DNA of 64,000 nt from Nitrospinaceae bacterium (GCA_018669005.1 JABJAL010000072.1:231877-295876); one strand, 5' to 3'. Counted from the first letter of the stretch, positions 1-9,716 are shown. A program made the numbers and translations. The notes: generated from the sequence alone by a model not told the origin.

Positions 1-1480
1 CGGCGATCTGGGCCGAGGGGGTCATGAACAGATCGACGGCCATGTGGAAATCAAGCGCCATGAGGGCGTCGAAGACTTCTCTTGAATTGCTCCAGGTCAT
101 AATCGGGTTGCCGCCGATGCTCACCCAGGCCCGGACGGGGTAGGGTTTGCCGGTGAGGATGGCCTTGAGGACAGCCGGGTTGTTGGCGTAGCGCTTGGTT
201 AGGAGGCCTGCGCAGAGACGGAAGCGATCGGCACCGAGTTGTTTTTCGTAGGCCTCATCGGGCAGCGTTTCCCCAAATTTGTCGGTGAAGGTTCGGCAAC
301 CCTCATAGGAGGGCGCGGGGTGCATGTTTCCGCCGGGAATGTCGATGTTGCCGGTGATGACTTCGAGGATCATGCAGGCGCGGGCCGTCTGGTGGGCCGA
401 GACGCACATGTCGATACCCACGCCCCAGGCGAGGGCGGCGGGATTAGAGGTGGAGTAAAGGCGGGCCGCGCGGGCGATGTCTGCCGCGGGGACCCAGGTG
501 ATTGCCTCGGCCAGTCTGGGTTCGTATTTCGCGCATCGCTCTTTTAAAAGCTGCCAGACCGGTTTGCAATGTACATCGCCAGCGATGTATTCGCCCGAAA
601 TGGCTACGCTGGCGCCCGGTGTGCCCGCCGGGGCCTCGGCATTGGCGTGCAGATCCCAGATGAGATAATCGCCCGATGCGTTTTTGAGCGGTTTACTCGT
701 TTGGGTGTCAATGAGGTAGGAGGCGTTTGACCAGCGCTCGACGAAATTACGGTCATAGAGCTCCTCCTCGATGATGACGTGGATCATGCTCATGGCGAGG
801 GCGGCGTCTGTGCCCGGCCTGACGGGGAGCCAGACATTTGCCTTTCGAGCCAGCGCGGTTCGCCGGGGGTCGATGACGATAGTCTTGCCGCCCTTTTGGG
901 AGTGGGCGAGGGCCTTCCAGCCGAGGATGGAGTTGTGGTGGGTGATCTCGGGTTGATCGCCCCAGAGAAGGAGGCAGTCGGGGCTGCCCTCGTAGTCTGG
1001 CGAGTAGTAGTTGCCAAGGGTGGCGTTTGAGGCCGAGCGGCGGGGCATCATGCACTGGGCGCGTCCGGGCCCTGTTCGGTTGGTTGTGCCCAGGTTGAGC
1101 AGGAAAAGATCGACTATCCAGGCGACCTCGTCGGCCTTGGTGCCGTCGCCGCCGGTGATGGCGAGGGGGCCGTGGCGGTCAATGATATTGCCCAGCTTTG
1201 TCGCGCAGGTTTCAATGGCCTCGTCCCAGCCGATGCGCTCCCATTTGTTCTCTCCCCGGGCGCCAGCGCGCTTCATCGGATGGAGCAGGCGGTCTGGATG
1301 GTAGAGGACCTCGATCCCGGCCCGGCCTTTTACGCAGAGGTTTCCCTTGTTGTTAGGATGATCCGAGTCGCCCTCGACACGCACGGCGCGACCGTCCTCG
1401 ACATGGACCTCGATGCCGCAGCCCCCTTGGCAGAAAAAACAGCCTGACCGCACAACACCAGTGAAATTGTCCTGGCTCAT
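1..1480 (-). CDS. Molybdopterin (bis-MGD) oxidoreductase, DMSO-reductase superfamily; N-terminal ~493 aa, 3' end runs off the window
   Basis: Reverse-strand translation from ATG at 1478-1480 gives MSQDNFTGVVRSGCFFCQGGCGIEVHVEDGRAVRVEGDSDHPNNKGNLCVKG..., with the N-terminal Cys cluster of a 4Fe-4S Mo-bisPGD enzyme. The frame stays open to position 1 with no stop. It is absent from the ORF track because it is open-ended. Confidence 0.6.
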   Translation of the reverse strand, partial: MSQDNFTGVVRSGCFFCQGGCGIEVHVEDGRAVRVEGDSDHPNNKGNLCVKGRAGIEVLYHPDRLLHPMKRAGARGENKWERIGWDEAIETCATKLGNIIDRHGPLAITGGDGTKADEVAWIVDLFLLNLGTTNRTGPGRAQCMMPRRSASNATLGNYYSPDYEGSPDCLLLWGDQPEITHHNSILGWKALAHSQKGGKTIVIDPRRTALARKANVWLPVRPGTDAALAMSMIHVIIEEELYDRNFVERWSNASYLIDTQTSKPLKNASGDYLIWDLHANAEAPAGTPGASVAISGEYIAGDVHCKPVWQLLKERCAKYEPRLAEAITWVPAADIARAARLYSTSNPAALAWGVGIDMCVSAHQTARACMILEVITGNIDIPGGNMHPAPSYEGCRTFTDKFGETLPDEAYEKQLGADRFRLCAGLLTKRYANNPAVLKAILTGKPYPVRAWVSIGGNPIMTWSNSREVFDALMALDFHMAVDLFMTPSAQIA

Positions 1481-1724
1481 CGATTGTCCCCAGAAGGAGA
1501 AGGAAAGAGGGTCAACGTTTCCTTATCAATTAAGATAAAATAGTCTTTAATGTGGATTCTGTCAACATCTACAGGACATTTGTGGTTGAATAGCTCCAGT
1601 CGCCGGGGCGATGAAATGGCTCTATAATTAGGACACACGCTTTGTTGGTGGCTAGCTGTTCATCGAGGTGGCGGCTGATTATCTATCTGTTTTGTTTAGA
1701 GAAATTTCCTTTGAGAGAGGTGGA

Positions 1725-2804
1725 ATGACAACGGCAACGACGGCGTTTTATGAGGCGCTGGAAAAAGGGGCGAGTGGCGAGCGGCTTTCATTCGAGGAAG
1801 GTCTTGCTCTTTTAGAGGGTGATGATTTGGCTGCCCTTGGCGCGGCGGCGGACGAGGTTCGCGCCCGAAAACATCCCGAGGGCATCATCACCTACTGTAT
1901 CGACCGCAACATCAACTACACGAATGTGTGTGATGTGTATTGCACGTTCTGCGCATTCTATCGCCCACCGGGAGATCATCCCGAAAGCTATATCCGCACA
2001 AAAGATGAAATACGGGAAAAACTAGATGGTCTTTATGCAGCAGGCGGCAAGCAGATTCTTCTCCAGGGTGGGCATCATCCCGATCTTCGTATCGAGTGGT
2101 ATGAAGATCTTTTCCGGTGGATGAAGACCGAGTATCCGGATCTTCATCTCCATGCGTTGAGCCCGCCCGAGATTCATCACATCTCAAAGCTTGAGGACAT
2201 GCCCTACGAGAGAGTTATTTCGCGTCTTAGGGAGGCCGGACTTGATTCGATACCGGGCGGCGGCGGCGAGATTCTGGTGGACCGTGTGCGCCAAAAGATC
2301 GCCCGCCTGAAAGTGGACTCAGGTGGCTGGCTCGACGTTATGCGCCAGGCGCACCGGCTTGGTGTGCGCTCCTCGGCGACGATGATGTTCGGGCATGTTG
2401 AAACACCCGAAGAGCGTATCGAGCATCTTGATCGACTGCGCGCTCTTCAGGACGAAACTGGCGGCTTCACGGCTTTTATCTGTTGGACGTTTCAAAATGA
2501 CGGTGCCGCGGCGCTCAAGGCGCAGACGGTGGGGAGTAGCGAGTATCTGCGCACCCTCGCCATTAGCCGACTCTATCTCGATAACATCGACAACGTGCAG
2601 TCTTCCTGGGTGACGCAAGGAATGAAGGTTGGCGAGCTATCGCTTCGTTTCGGGGCGAATGACATGGGTTCAACCATGCTTGAGGAAAACGTTGTCAGCT
2701 CGGCGGGAACGGTTCATTGTTTAAACGAGCCCGACCTTCACCGCATGGCCCAGGCGGCGGGTTTTGAGCCCCGGCGCCGCAACTTTTTCTATGAGTTAAT
2801 TTAA
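1725..2804 (+). CDS. Radical SAM enzyme of the futalosine-pathway MqnC/MqnE (CofH-like) family
   Basis: CxxxCxxC motif (CDVYCTFCAFY) and global similarity pattern to cyclic dehypoxanthine futalosine synthase / aminofutalosine synthase. GAGGTGG RBS before ATG at 1725. The upstream in-frame TTG at 1668 is less likely. Confidence 0.6.
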   Translation: MTTATTAFYEALEKGASGERLSFEEGLALLEGDDLAALGAAADEVRARKHPEGIITYCIDRNINYTNVCDVYCTFCAFYRPPGDHPESYIRTKDEIREKLDGLYAAGGKQILLQGGHHPDLRIEWYEDLFRWMKTEYPDLHLHALSPPEIHHISKLEDMPYERVISRLREAGLDSIPGGGGEILVDRVRQKIARLKVDSGGWLDVMRQAHRLGVRSSATMMFGHVETPEERIEHLDRLRALQDETGGFTAFICWTFQNDGAAALKAQTVGSSEYLRTLAISRLYLDNIDNVQSSWVTQGMKVGELSLRFGANDMGSTMLEENVVSSAGTVHCLNEPDLHRMAQAAGFEPRRRNFFYELI

Positions 2805-2805
2805 A

Positions 2806-3051
2806 ATGACTTTTCTTGCTGCTGCTCTGGGGATCTTCGGTGTGTTAATGCTCCCGACAGGAGGAATTTTCTTGCTGATGGTGTGCGCGCTATTGTGCGC
2901 GCGCGAGTCCCACCGCCTCCGAAATTTGAGCCAACTCGATGACTGGCGCTGGGAGGTTGATTTGGCCGGCCTCAGGCGGGCGGCGTATGCCTACAAAGCG
3001 GGCAAAAAATCGGTTTTTCTAAGGCCCCGCAGATTTTATGACCCACGCTAG
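2806..3051 (+). CDS. Hypothetical small membrane protein (81 aa)
   Basis: ATG immediately after the preceding stop; one or two hydrophobic helices; no recognisable family. Confidence 0.25.
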   Translation: MTFLAAALGIFGVLMLPTGGIFLLMVCALLCARESHRLRNLSQLDDWRWEVDLAGLRRAAYAYKAGKKSVFLRPRRFYDPR

Positions 3052-4327
3052 CGGCAAGGCGAACGGCACCCGTCAAGCTCAGCCTTCTTTTGAAACTAGA
3101 TATCTTTGGCAGGCGGATTTGGTCTGTCCTGTCGGCTCTCCGCCGATAAGGGGTGGCGCTGTCCTCACTCGTGGCGGGCGCGTTGAGGCTCTGGGTTTGC
3201 CAGAGGAGATTCTGTCGCCGGGGCAAGTGGTCCAAGAGAGAGGTTTTGGCCGGGCAATACTTATCCCAGGCCTTGTGAATGCCCATACCCATTTAGAGTT
3301 GAGTGGCGCACGAATTGAGCCCGCCCCGATGGGTGAGTGGATCGTAGGCCTTGTACGGGAGACGCGGGGCTGGCCGCCTCATCTTTTTCTTTCCTCATCA
3401 AGTCTGGGCGTGGCCGCCTCCTTCGAGGTGGGTGTCACCTGTGTGGGCGATATATCGGCCTCGGGACATAGCCGGCGGATAATGTCAGATCTGGGGATGA
3501 AGGGGATTGTCTTTAAAGAAGTGTTAGGGCTTTTATCTGCCGAGGCGGATAAGATTGTCGAGAGTAGAGTGCTAGGCGATGCGGTGCCCGACACGAGTGC
3601 CCTGCGGTTCGGGGTAAGCCCACATGCGCCCTACACCACGTCGCTTTGTCTCTATCGCTCTGCGCTCAAAGCTGCCCGAGAAAACGGATGGCCCACTGTC
3701 ACGCATCTTGCCGAGAGCCCTGAGGAGGCTCGATTTATCAATGGGGGAGATGGTCCGCTTGCCGAAATGCATGAGGCGCTGGGTAGCCCCACGGTGGATT
3801 TTGAGTCTGCTAATTCCTCACCTGTCCGATATCTATCGGATGGTGGTGCGCTAGCAGGAATTGATTTGGCGGTCCACTGCAACCAGACGGATGAGGCGGA
3901 TTGGGCTCTTCTGGCCGAGGCTGGTGTTTGCGTCTGTCTTTGTCCGCGCTCGGCCGTGCACTTGGGACACCCTTTTGCCGACGCCGCTGGCATGCGGCTG
4001 GCGGGGCTGAATTTATGTCTGGGTACGGATAGCCGAGCGAGTAGCCCTTCGCTTTCGGTGCTTGAGGAGGCGGCTGCGCTTTGGGAGGCGGACCCTGAAC
4101 TGAGCCCCGAGGTGCTTCTTGAGATGTGCACAGTGGCGGGCGCTGAAGTGCTCGGATTCAGGCAAGAAGGAGTGGGGCGAATTGTCCCCGGCGGGGTGGC
4201 GGATTTCGCTGTCGTTGAGCCGCCGCCCGGAAAAGATGAGCCTGAGCTTGCTGATATCTTCCACCCGGCGGCAAGAGTTCGCACGACAGTATCGGACGGT
4301 GTTATACGATTTGAGCGTGGCGATTAG
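3038..4327 (+). CDS. Amidohydrolase superfamily protein (chlorohydrolase/deaminase group), candidate aminodeoxyfutalosine deaminase
   Basis: Metal-binding HxH motif (GLVNAHTHLE) and a conserved D near the C-terminus. It sits next to the futalosine-pathway radical SAM gene. Confidence 0.55.
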   Translation: MTHASGKANGTRQAQPSFETRYLWQADLVCPVGSPPIRGGAVLTRGGRVEALGLPEEILSPGQVVQERGFGRAILIPGLVNAHTHLELSGARIEPAPMGEWIVGLVRETRGWPPHLFLSSSSLGVAASFEVGVTCVGDISASGHSRRIMSDLGMKGIVFKEVLGLLSAEADKIVESRVLGDAVPDTSALRFGVSPHAPYTTSLCLYRSALKAARENGWPTVTHLAESPEEARFINGGDGPLAEMHEALGSPTVDFESANSSPVRYLSDGGALAGIDLAVHCNQTDEADWALLAEAGVCVCLCPRSAVHLGHPFADAAGMRLAGLNLCLGTDSRASSPSLSVLEEAAALWEADPELSPEVLLEMCTVAGAEVLGFRQEGVGRIVPGGVADFAVVEPPPGKDEPELADIFHPAARVRTTVSDGVIRFERGD

Positions 4328-4448
4328 CGCCGCTGTTTTCAAGTTCTCCCTTCGGGACTAGAATAGGGTTTTCTCAATTCAAAGGATGGATTGGGATTTT
4401 TTGATCTTTATGTCCCGTCGGGACTAAATTTTTACATGAAAGGATATT

Positions 4449-5069
4449 TTGATGGCAAAGAAAAAATCTGCAAAGGAAGTGATTTTTGATGATAGCAACT
4501 GGAAAACCCGTACGCCGCGCTACGATGTGGCCGAGGCGAATTTCGGGCGCGTTCTCGCTGTGCGGATGGCGCCGGGAGACGATCTCTATGGCACTACGGT
4601 GAAAATCTGCAAGGAAAAAGGCGTGAAGGCCGGGGTAATCGTCAGTGTGGCGGCGAGCCTTCAAAGGGCAACGCTTCGGAACGTTTGGCAGTTTCCCAAT
4701 CCTTGGCCCATCAACGATGAGTGCCGGATCTTCACACCAATTGAGGGCCCGCTCGAATTGCTCCAGATGAGTGGCAACATTACTCAGACCGAAAAGGGCG
4801 AGACCTACCTGCACGCCCATGCAACGATATCGATGGGCCGCCCCGAGGGGACCTGTTTTGGCGGACATCTCGTCGAGGGGTGCACCATTTTCAGCACCTG
4901 CGAGATGGTGATTGCCGAGATCGATAATCTTGCTTTCATGCGCCTGATGGATAAGCAGACGAAAGTGGGCGAGATCTACGGCATCCCGACTGATGGCATG
5001 TCAAAGGCCGATATCAGCAAAGAGGTTGCTCGGCGCAAGGCGCGACCAAGCCCTCACGGGAAAAAATAA
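4449..5069 (+). CDS. PPC/DUF296 domain protein (predicted DNA-binding, PD1-like)
   Basis: Core matches the DUF296 pattern (F..RVL.VR..PG.DL...G.....LEL.SLSGNI...HAH..I.....GG.GGHL). Confidence 0.5.
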   Translation: MMAKKKSAKEVIFDDSNWKTRTPRYDVAEANFGRVLAVRMAPGDDLYGTTVKICKEKGVKAGVIVSVAASLQRATLRNVWQFPNPWPINDECRIFTPIEGPLELLQMSGNITQTEKGETYLHAHATISMGRPEGTCFGGHLVEGCTIFSTCEMVIAEIDNLAFMRLMDKQTKVGEIYGIPTDGMSKADISKEVARRKARPSPHGKK

Positions 5070-5738
5070 ATGCTCACACCCGAGCAGGTTAGTTTTGTTC
5101 TCCGGCTGATTGAAGCCGCCGTTCTGGGCGGCCTCATTGGCCTGGAGCGCGAGCGTAACAACCAGCCCGCCGGGCTGCGCACCCATATAATCCTTTGCCT
5201 CGGTTCCGCTCTGATAATGGAAGTTTCCATGCGCATTGGCGATGGAAGCCCGACGAGCGATCCCGGTCGCATTGCGGCCCAGGTTGTTAGCGGCATCGGT
5301 TTTCTGGGTGCAGGCGCGATTATGAGAATGGGCGCCTCTGTCCGGGGGCTGACGACGGCGGCGAGCATTTGGACGACGGCGGGAATTGGCCTTGCCGTCG
5401 GTGCTGGTTTCCATGTCGAGGCGGTTGCGGCGGTGGTGATCATGCTCATTTCGCTTGGCGTTCTTAAAAAAGTAGGTCGGCGAATTTCTGCCCGGCGAAG
5501 CTTTAAAGTAGTGGAAATTTATGTGAGCGGCGAGGATGAGGAATCGATCATTCCCGAGTTCGAGGACATTCTCTCCAAAGAGCGATGTGATGTGCGTGAA
5601 ATTGATGTGAAAAAAAATCTCGAAAGCGGCGAGATGAGAATACGGATGCAAATCGCCGCCCCCCGGGATTTTGAGCCGCCCCGCCTGGTGGAGGCCATCA
5701 CCCGCAGAGACGGCGTGCTCCGCGCCGAGGTGCGCTAG
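5070..5738 (+). CDS. mgtC: MgtC/SapB family membrane protein
   Basis: N-terminal MgtC signature GLERE...AGLRTH...GSALIM...RIAAQVVSGIGFLGAGAI, with a C-terminal ACT-like region. Confidence 0.7.
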   Translation: MLTPEQVSFVLRLIEAAVLGGLIGLERERNNQPAGLRTHIILCLGSALIMEVSMRIGDGSPTSDPGRIAAQVVSGIGFLGAGAIMRMGASVRGLTTAASIWTTAGIGLAVGAGFHVEAVAAVVIMLISLGVLKKVGRRISARRSFKVVEIYVSGEDEESIIPEFEDILSKERCDVREIDVKKNLESGEMRIRMQIAAPRDFEPPRLVEAITRRDGVLRAEVR

Positions 5739-5760
5739 CCCGATCTTTTTGAACTCTTTT

Positions 5761-6021
5761 TTATTTCAGAGAATCTTTGTAGCGCTGGTTCATGCTCTGG
5801 CCGATTCCGGCCATGACGGCGGTGGTGATATCGAACGTGGCGTCGAGCACATCTTCTGCGATTCCTGCTTTCCCGGCGGCCGCCAGGCGGTGGTCCACTC
5901 AAGGCTGGCAGTTGCGCACGATGGCGACGGCGATACCGATGAGGGACTTTTCGCGGTCGGTGAGTAGATCTGTTGCGTGGGCGTCGCGGTAATATTTTCG
6001 AAAATCTGCTCTCTCACTCAT
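5761..6021 (-). CDS. AhpD-like / carboxymuconolactone decarboxylase family protein with an in-frame TGA (candidate selenocysteine) at 5899-5901
   Basis: Manual reverse translation gives MSERADFRKYYRDAHATDLLTDREKSLIGIAVAIVRNCQP[TGA]VDHRLAAAGKAGIAEDVLDATFDITTAVMAGIGQSMNQRYKDSLK*. The TGA falls exactly at the second Cys of the AhpD C-x-x-C...H redox motif. A strong RBS (AAAGGAGATTGAT) precedes the ATG. Confidence 0.5.
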
Positions 6022-6139
6022 ATCAATCTCCTTTGCGGGCCGGGGCCTTTGGCCCAATGAAAAGCGTTAAACTTCCATATGATTTCGGTGGAATGATTAT
6101 AGGCAGTCGGGTCGGCATCTAAAAGCGGTCGGGGTAATC

Positions 6140-7057
6140 ATGCAAACACGAACGTTGGGCTGGGGTTTTCTCGCAATTTTATGCTGGGGCTTGCTTCCCA
6201 CAGTTGCGGGAGGCTCGCTGAGCCAGACACATCCGGCCTGGGTGCTCACCGGGGCTTTTGTCGCCTCCTCGCTGGTATTCGCCTATCTGCCTCCTTTTAT
6301 GGGGTTGCCGTCCGTTTCCGAGCCCGAGGCGTCCCGCGCCCGTTGGCGCGGACGGCTACTTGGTCTCTGGGGTCTTTTCTTTTTCCATGCTTTTTATTTT
6401 GAGGCAATTCAGCGCGCACCGATTGTCGAGGCGATTTTAATTAATTATCTGTGGCCGCTTTTTATTGTGCTCCTGGCCTGGGTAGTGCTCAGGGAGCCTT
6501 TTCGGCCGGCGATTGCAGTGGGCGCGCTGCTCGGCGCCGGTGGTGCTGTGCTGGTGGTAGGTGGGCAGGCGGCTGTGTTTGAGAGCCGTCATGCGCTGGG
6601 ATACGGATTTGCGCTCGCAAGTGCCACGGCATGGTCAAGCTATACAGTTCTTTTGAGTAAATGGGGCGGGGGTCGCGAGTTTCTCCTTCCCGCATCGATT
6701 TTAAGCGTCGGGCTCTCTATTGTCTGGCTGCTCGTTGCGGCCCCGCCTGGTGTCGCTTGGCCCGAGGTGCCCGGGCCCGCCGCATGGGGAGGTATTTTCT
6801 ATTTGGGCGCCATTGCGGTTGGTGTCGCAATACTCGCCTGGGAGAGAGCTGTATCCGGGGACGAGGTGGCCTTGCTCGGGACCTTGTCATATCTCGCGCC
6901 GTTCCTCGCGGCTTTTTTCCTTTGGCTGATTCTTGGAAAACCAATCGGCGAGTTCACCGCCGCCGGAATGGTATCTATCGTGGCAGGTGGTTTAGTTGCA
7001 GCCCGGTGGGGAGGCGGCGGTAAGAAGAAGCTGGTGTCAGGTGGCCGAGGCGATTGA
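6140..7057 (+). CDS. EamA/DMT family transporter (10 TM)
   Basis: Two EamA-like halves with hydrophobic repeats; typical DMT topology. Confidence 0.6.
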   Translation: MQTRTLGWGFLAILCWGLLPTVAGGSLSQTHPAWVLTGAFVASSLVFAYLPPFMGLPSVSEPEASRARWRGRLLGLWGLFFFHAFYFEAIQRAPIVEAILINYLWPLFIVLLAWVVLREPFRPAIAVGALLGAGGAVLVVGGQAAVFESRHALGYGFALASATAWSSYTVLLSKWGGGREFLLPASILSVGLSIVWLLVAAPPGVAWPEVPGPAAWGGIFYLGAIAVGVAILAWERAVSGDEVALLGTLSYLAPFLAAFFLWLILGKPIGEFTAAGMVSIVAGGLVAARWGGGGKKKLVSGGRGD

Positions 7058-7411
7058 GAAACCGGCCCAGGCGGCAAGCAGGCTGCCCGCAACCGATAGC
7101 GCGATGTTCGCTGCCGCTGCCGACCATCCACCCCCTTGAAGAAGCCGGAGCGTTTCGAGGCTGAAAGTCGAAAAAGTAGTGAACCCGCCGAGTACGCCGA
7201 CCATGACGACAAGCCGAGCCTCTACCGACATGAAATCGCGCTCAAGCACCAGGAAAGCGAGCCATCCAATAATGAAAGAGCCCACAATATTCACCGCCAG
7301 GGTGGCGAGGGGAAACTCGCCCTTCGTCATGCGCTGGACGGCGATGACCGTGCCGTAGCGCATCATGCTTCCTGCCGCTCCTCCGATAGCCACCCATAGC
7401 CAGTCGAGCAT
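7037..7411 (-). CDS. crcB: Fluoride ion channel CrcB/FluC
   Basis: MLDWLWVAIGGAAGSMMRY...GEFPLATLAVNIVGSFIIG...GFTTFSTFSLET are classic CrcB motifs. The internal ATG at 7411 is preferred to the ORF-track start at 7486 (alternative ATG at 7423). Confidence 0.7.
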   Translation of the reverse strand: MLDWLWVAIGGAAGSMMRYGTVIAVQRMTKGEFPLATLAVNIVGSFIIGWLAFLVLERDFMSVEARLVVMVGVLGGFTTFSTFSLETLRLLQGGGWSAAAANIALSVAGSLLAAWAGFSIASAT

Positions 7412-7655
7412 TAGCTTCCTCATCAATAAACCAGGTGGCTCACGCCCGGATTTTATCCCCGGCCACAGCCTCGAAAACCTTTGCATTCAGGTAAATTCGC
7501 CTAAAAATCGCACTTTTTTCGATATCCGGCAAGTTAGTGAGCCGCGTCACTCAATCTATCCCGTATCCCGTCGATATGAATGTCATAGGCGCGATGCCTA
7601 AGGGATTTTTAAGAAGCGAGGCAGAGCCACTTAACTCCAGGGAAGGAGTAGGAAA

Positions 7656-7838
7656 ATGTATTTGAGGACACCGACTCAAGGAAGAGACAGGTCAAACAAG
7701 CAGAACAGATGGGCCAAGCGCGAGGAGGCGCAGGCAGATAATTACATTACTGGTAGCCTCGGGTTTCAGAAATTGCCTGAATGGGTAATTTTTCTGAGGC
7801 ATTCGAAGAGCGATGTAATAAAGAGGCGGAACCGTTAA
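7656..7838 (+). CDS. Hypothetical small basic protein (60 aa)
   Basis: Strong RBS GGAAGGAG 7 nt upstream of the ATG; no known family. Confidence 0.2.
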   Translation: MYLRTPTQGRDRSNKQNRWAKREEAQADNYITGSLGFQKLPEWVIFLRHSKSDVIKRRNR

Positions 7839-8131
7839 TCCTTAACGGGACATCTCCTAATTAGATCAAATGAATTCTGTTCCTATATTCTCGTAGCGCA
7901 CTTTTTAGTCGGGCTCCAAACGGAGCTCGGCCTAAAAACCCCTCGCCGAAAAGTAATCTCCTTCATAGTCCAAAGCATAAAAGTGTGTCGCGTCACTTTG
8001 CGTGAGTAACGCAAGATACATCATTTTATTCTTCCTAAATACATATTTAAATAAAGGCGGTGGCAATGGTTGTCATCGTTTGGAAGCGGCTAGGATTTGT
8101 GTTAGTCGCATTTGTTAAGGAGGGTTGGAGT

Positions 8132-8395
8132 ATGAGCCAGGCTTCTCTCTTCCGCAGTGAGAAAGATAGCCAGCACGAAGAGAAAAAAATATCCGCGCCT
8201 AATAATAAGAAAAAAGAGGAATTGAATATGCCAGCTAGCGTGTTGAAAGAGAAAAGCCATGTTGAGGCGCATGCCGAATCTGTAGATAAAAAAGAAATGG
8301 TACCCGAGTGGATGCGGTATCTGATTCGTTCTTTGGATGAAGCCGAGGAGCGAAAAAAAAAGCGTCTTGAGGAAAAAAGCGATCTGTATAAGTAG
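8132..8395 (+). CDS. Hypothetical charged (K/E-rich) protein, ~88 aa
   Basis: AAGGAGG RBS 7 nt upstream of ATG at 8132; followed by a terminator hairpin. Confidence 0.35.
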   Translation: MSQASLFRSEKDSQHEEKKISAPNNKKKEELNMPASVLKEKSHVEAHAESVDKKEMVPEWMRYLIRSLDEAEERKKKRLEEKSDLYK

Positions 8396-8414
8396 CGAGA
8401 TTTTCTTCCGATAG

Positions 8415-8451
8415 AAGGGCTCGGGCCTGTTGGTCCGGGCCCTTTCTCTTT
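8415..8451 (+). terminator. Rho-independent terminator (GGGCC-loop-GGCCC, then TTTCTCTTT)
   Basis: GC hairpin followed by a T-tract immediately after the stop codon at 8395. Confidence 0.4.
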
Positions 8452-8477
8452 GTCCGGGCAGTGACTAGAATTGAACC

Positions 8478-9716
8478 ATGTCCGGTTCAGATAACTTTCA
8501 GAAAATGGCAACCAACTGGCGCGATTCGATCCTCGAGGATCTCGGTGCATTGTCCGACAGTAACCTGCGCCGCAAGCTCCGGCTCCTCTCTGGCGCTCAG
8601 GGGCCCTTGATTCATTTTGAGGGCCGCGAAGTCATTCATCTTGCTGGTAACAACTATCTTGGCCTGGCAGATCATCCTGCGCTTGCCGATGCCGCCGCCA
8701 AAGCTGCTAGTGAGTGGGGCTCAAGCGCCGCCGCGAGCCCGCTTATCTCCGGTTACATGGAGCCGCACGAAGCGCTTTCCCGGCAGCTTGCCCAATTCAA
8801 GGACAAAGAAGCGGCCATCCTGTTTGGCTCGGGTTTTCTTGCGAACCTGGGTCTTATCTCCAGTCTCGCTGGCGAGGGCGATGCCATTTTCAGCGATAAA
8901 CTCAACCACGCGAGTATTACTGATGGTTGCCGCCTCAGTCGGGCCAAAGTGCATGTTTTTGCGCACAGCGACATGAACGATCTCGAAGATAAATTAGATA
9001 AGGCCACTGGCGCGCGTCGGCGGCTTATCGTTGTGGATGGCGTGTTCAGCATGGATGGTGATCTCGCCCCCCTCGATGATTTGGCGGCTCTTGCCGAGTG
9101 CCATGACGCAATACTGCTCGTGGATGAGGCCCACGCGACGGGTGTTATTGGGCCTGAGGGGAAAGGCGCTGCGGCGCATTTTGGCGTTCAGTCGGGCGTC
9201 GGTGTATCGATGGGAACGCTTGGTAAGGCGCTGGCCTCCTATGGCGCTTTTGCCTGCTCGGATTTTGAGGTGATCGATTATCTCGTTAATCGCGCCCGGA
9301 CGTTTATCTATTCCACTGCGCTGCCTCCAGGCGTGCTGGCGGCGGCGGGGGCTGCTATTGAGCTTGCCTCGGGCGAGGAGGGGGCGCGGCGGCGCGGGCG
9401 GCTGGCCGATCTTTGCGGGGTGTTTCGTGCCGGGCTTGAGGAAATGGGGTTCGAGATGCCGGGGCGGTCTGGGGATGCAGAGGTGCCGATTTTTCCGATC
9501 ATTGTCGGGGAGGCCAAGGATGCACTTGCGCTTGCTGATCATATGCTTGATGCCGGTGTGTTTCTGCTGGCGATTCGTCCGCCGACTGTGCCCGAGGGAA
9601 CCTGCCGCCTCCGGGCGACGCTTACCGCCACCCACACTGCGGCGCAGATTGGCCATGTTCTCGATGCGCTTGAAAGCGGGATAAAGAAGCTGGGTATCGG
9701 GCCGCAAAAGGTCTGA
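8478..9716 (+). CDS. Alpha-oxoamine synthase family PLP enzyme (8-amino-7-oxononanoate synthase BioF / 2-amino-3-ketobutyrate CoA ligase-like)
   Basis: Class II aminotransferase fold; PLP-lysine context SMGTLGKALASYG; HASI.DG and DEAH motifs. Confidence 0.65.
   Translation: MSGSDNFQKMATNWRDSILEDLGALSDSNLRRKLRLLSGAQGPLIHFEGREVIHLAGNNYLGLADHPALADAAAKAASEWGSSAAASPLISGYMEPHEALSRQLAQFKDKEAAILFGSGFLANLGLISSLAGEGDAIFSDKLNHASITDGCRLSRAKVHVFAHSDMNDLEDKLDKATGARRRLIVVDGVFSMDGDLAPLDDLAALAECHDAILLVDEAHATGVIGPEGKGAAAHFGVQSGVGVSMGTLGKALASYGAFACSDFEVIDYLVNRARTFIYSTALPPGVLAAAGAAIELASGEEGARRRGRLADLCGVFRAGLEEMGFEMPGRSGDAEVPIFPIIVGEAKDALALADHMLDAGVFLLAIRPPTVPEGTCRLRATLTATHTAAQIGHVLDALESGIKKLGIGPQKV

Noticed and set aside
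3652-4284. Antisense 210-aa ORF inside the amidohydrolase gene, and similar long antisense or alternate-frame ORFs at 239-1447, 4374-4868, 5001-5651, 8994-9707, 13311-13910, 24340-25068, 27759-28391, 29282-29908, 36827-37369 and 60604-61203
   Set aside because: Typical high-GC shadow ORFs that overlap confidently assigned genes; none has recognisable domains.
5899-5901. Alternative explanation of the in-frame TGA in the AhpD-like ORF as a sequencing error or inactivating mutation
   Set aside because: Not fully rejected. I kept the selenoprotein interpretation because the stop falls precisely on the catalytic Cys position, the RBS is intact and a downstream hairpin exists. Without selABCD in view, the call remains moderate.
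7424-7650. Looked for a fluoride (crcB-motif) riboswitch upstream of crcB on the minus strand
   Set aside because: No match to the conserved GGCGATGG...CTGATGATGCCTAC core; only generic GC-rich stretches are present.
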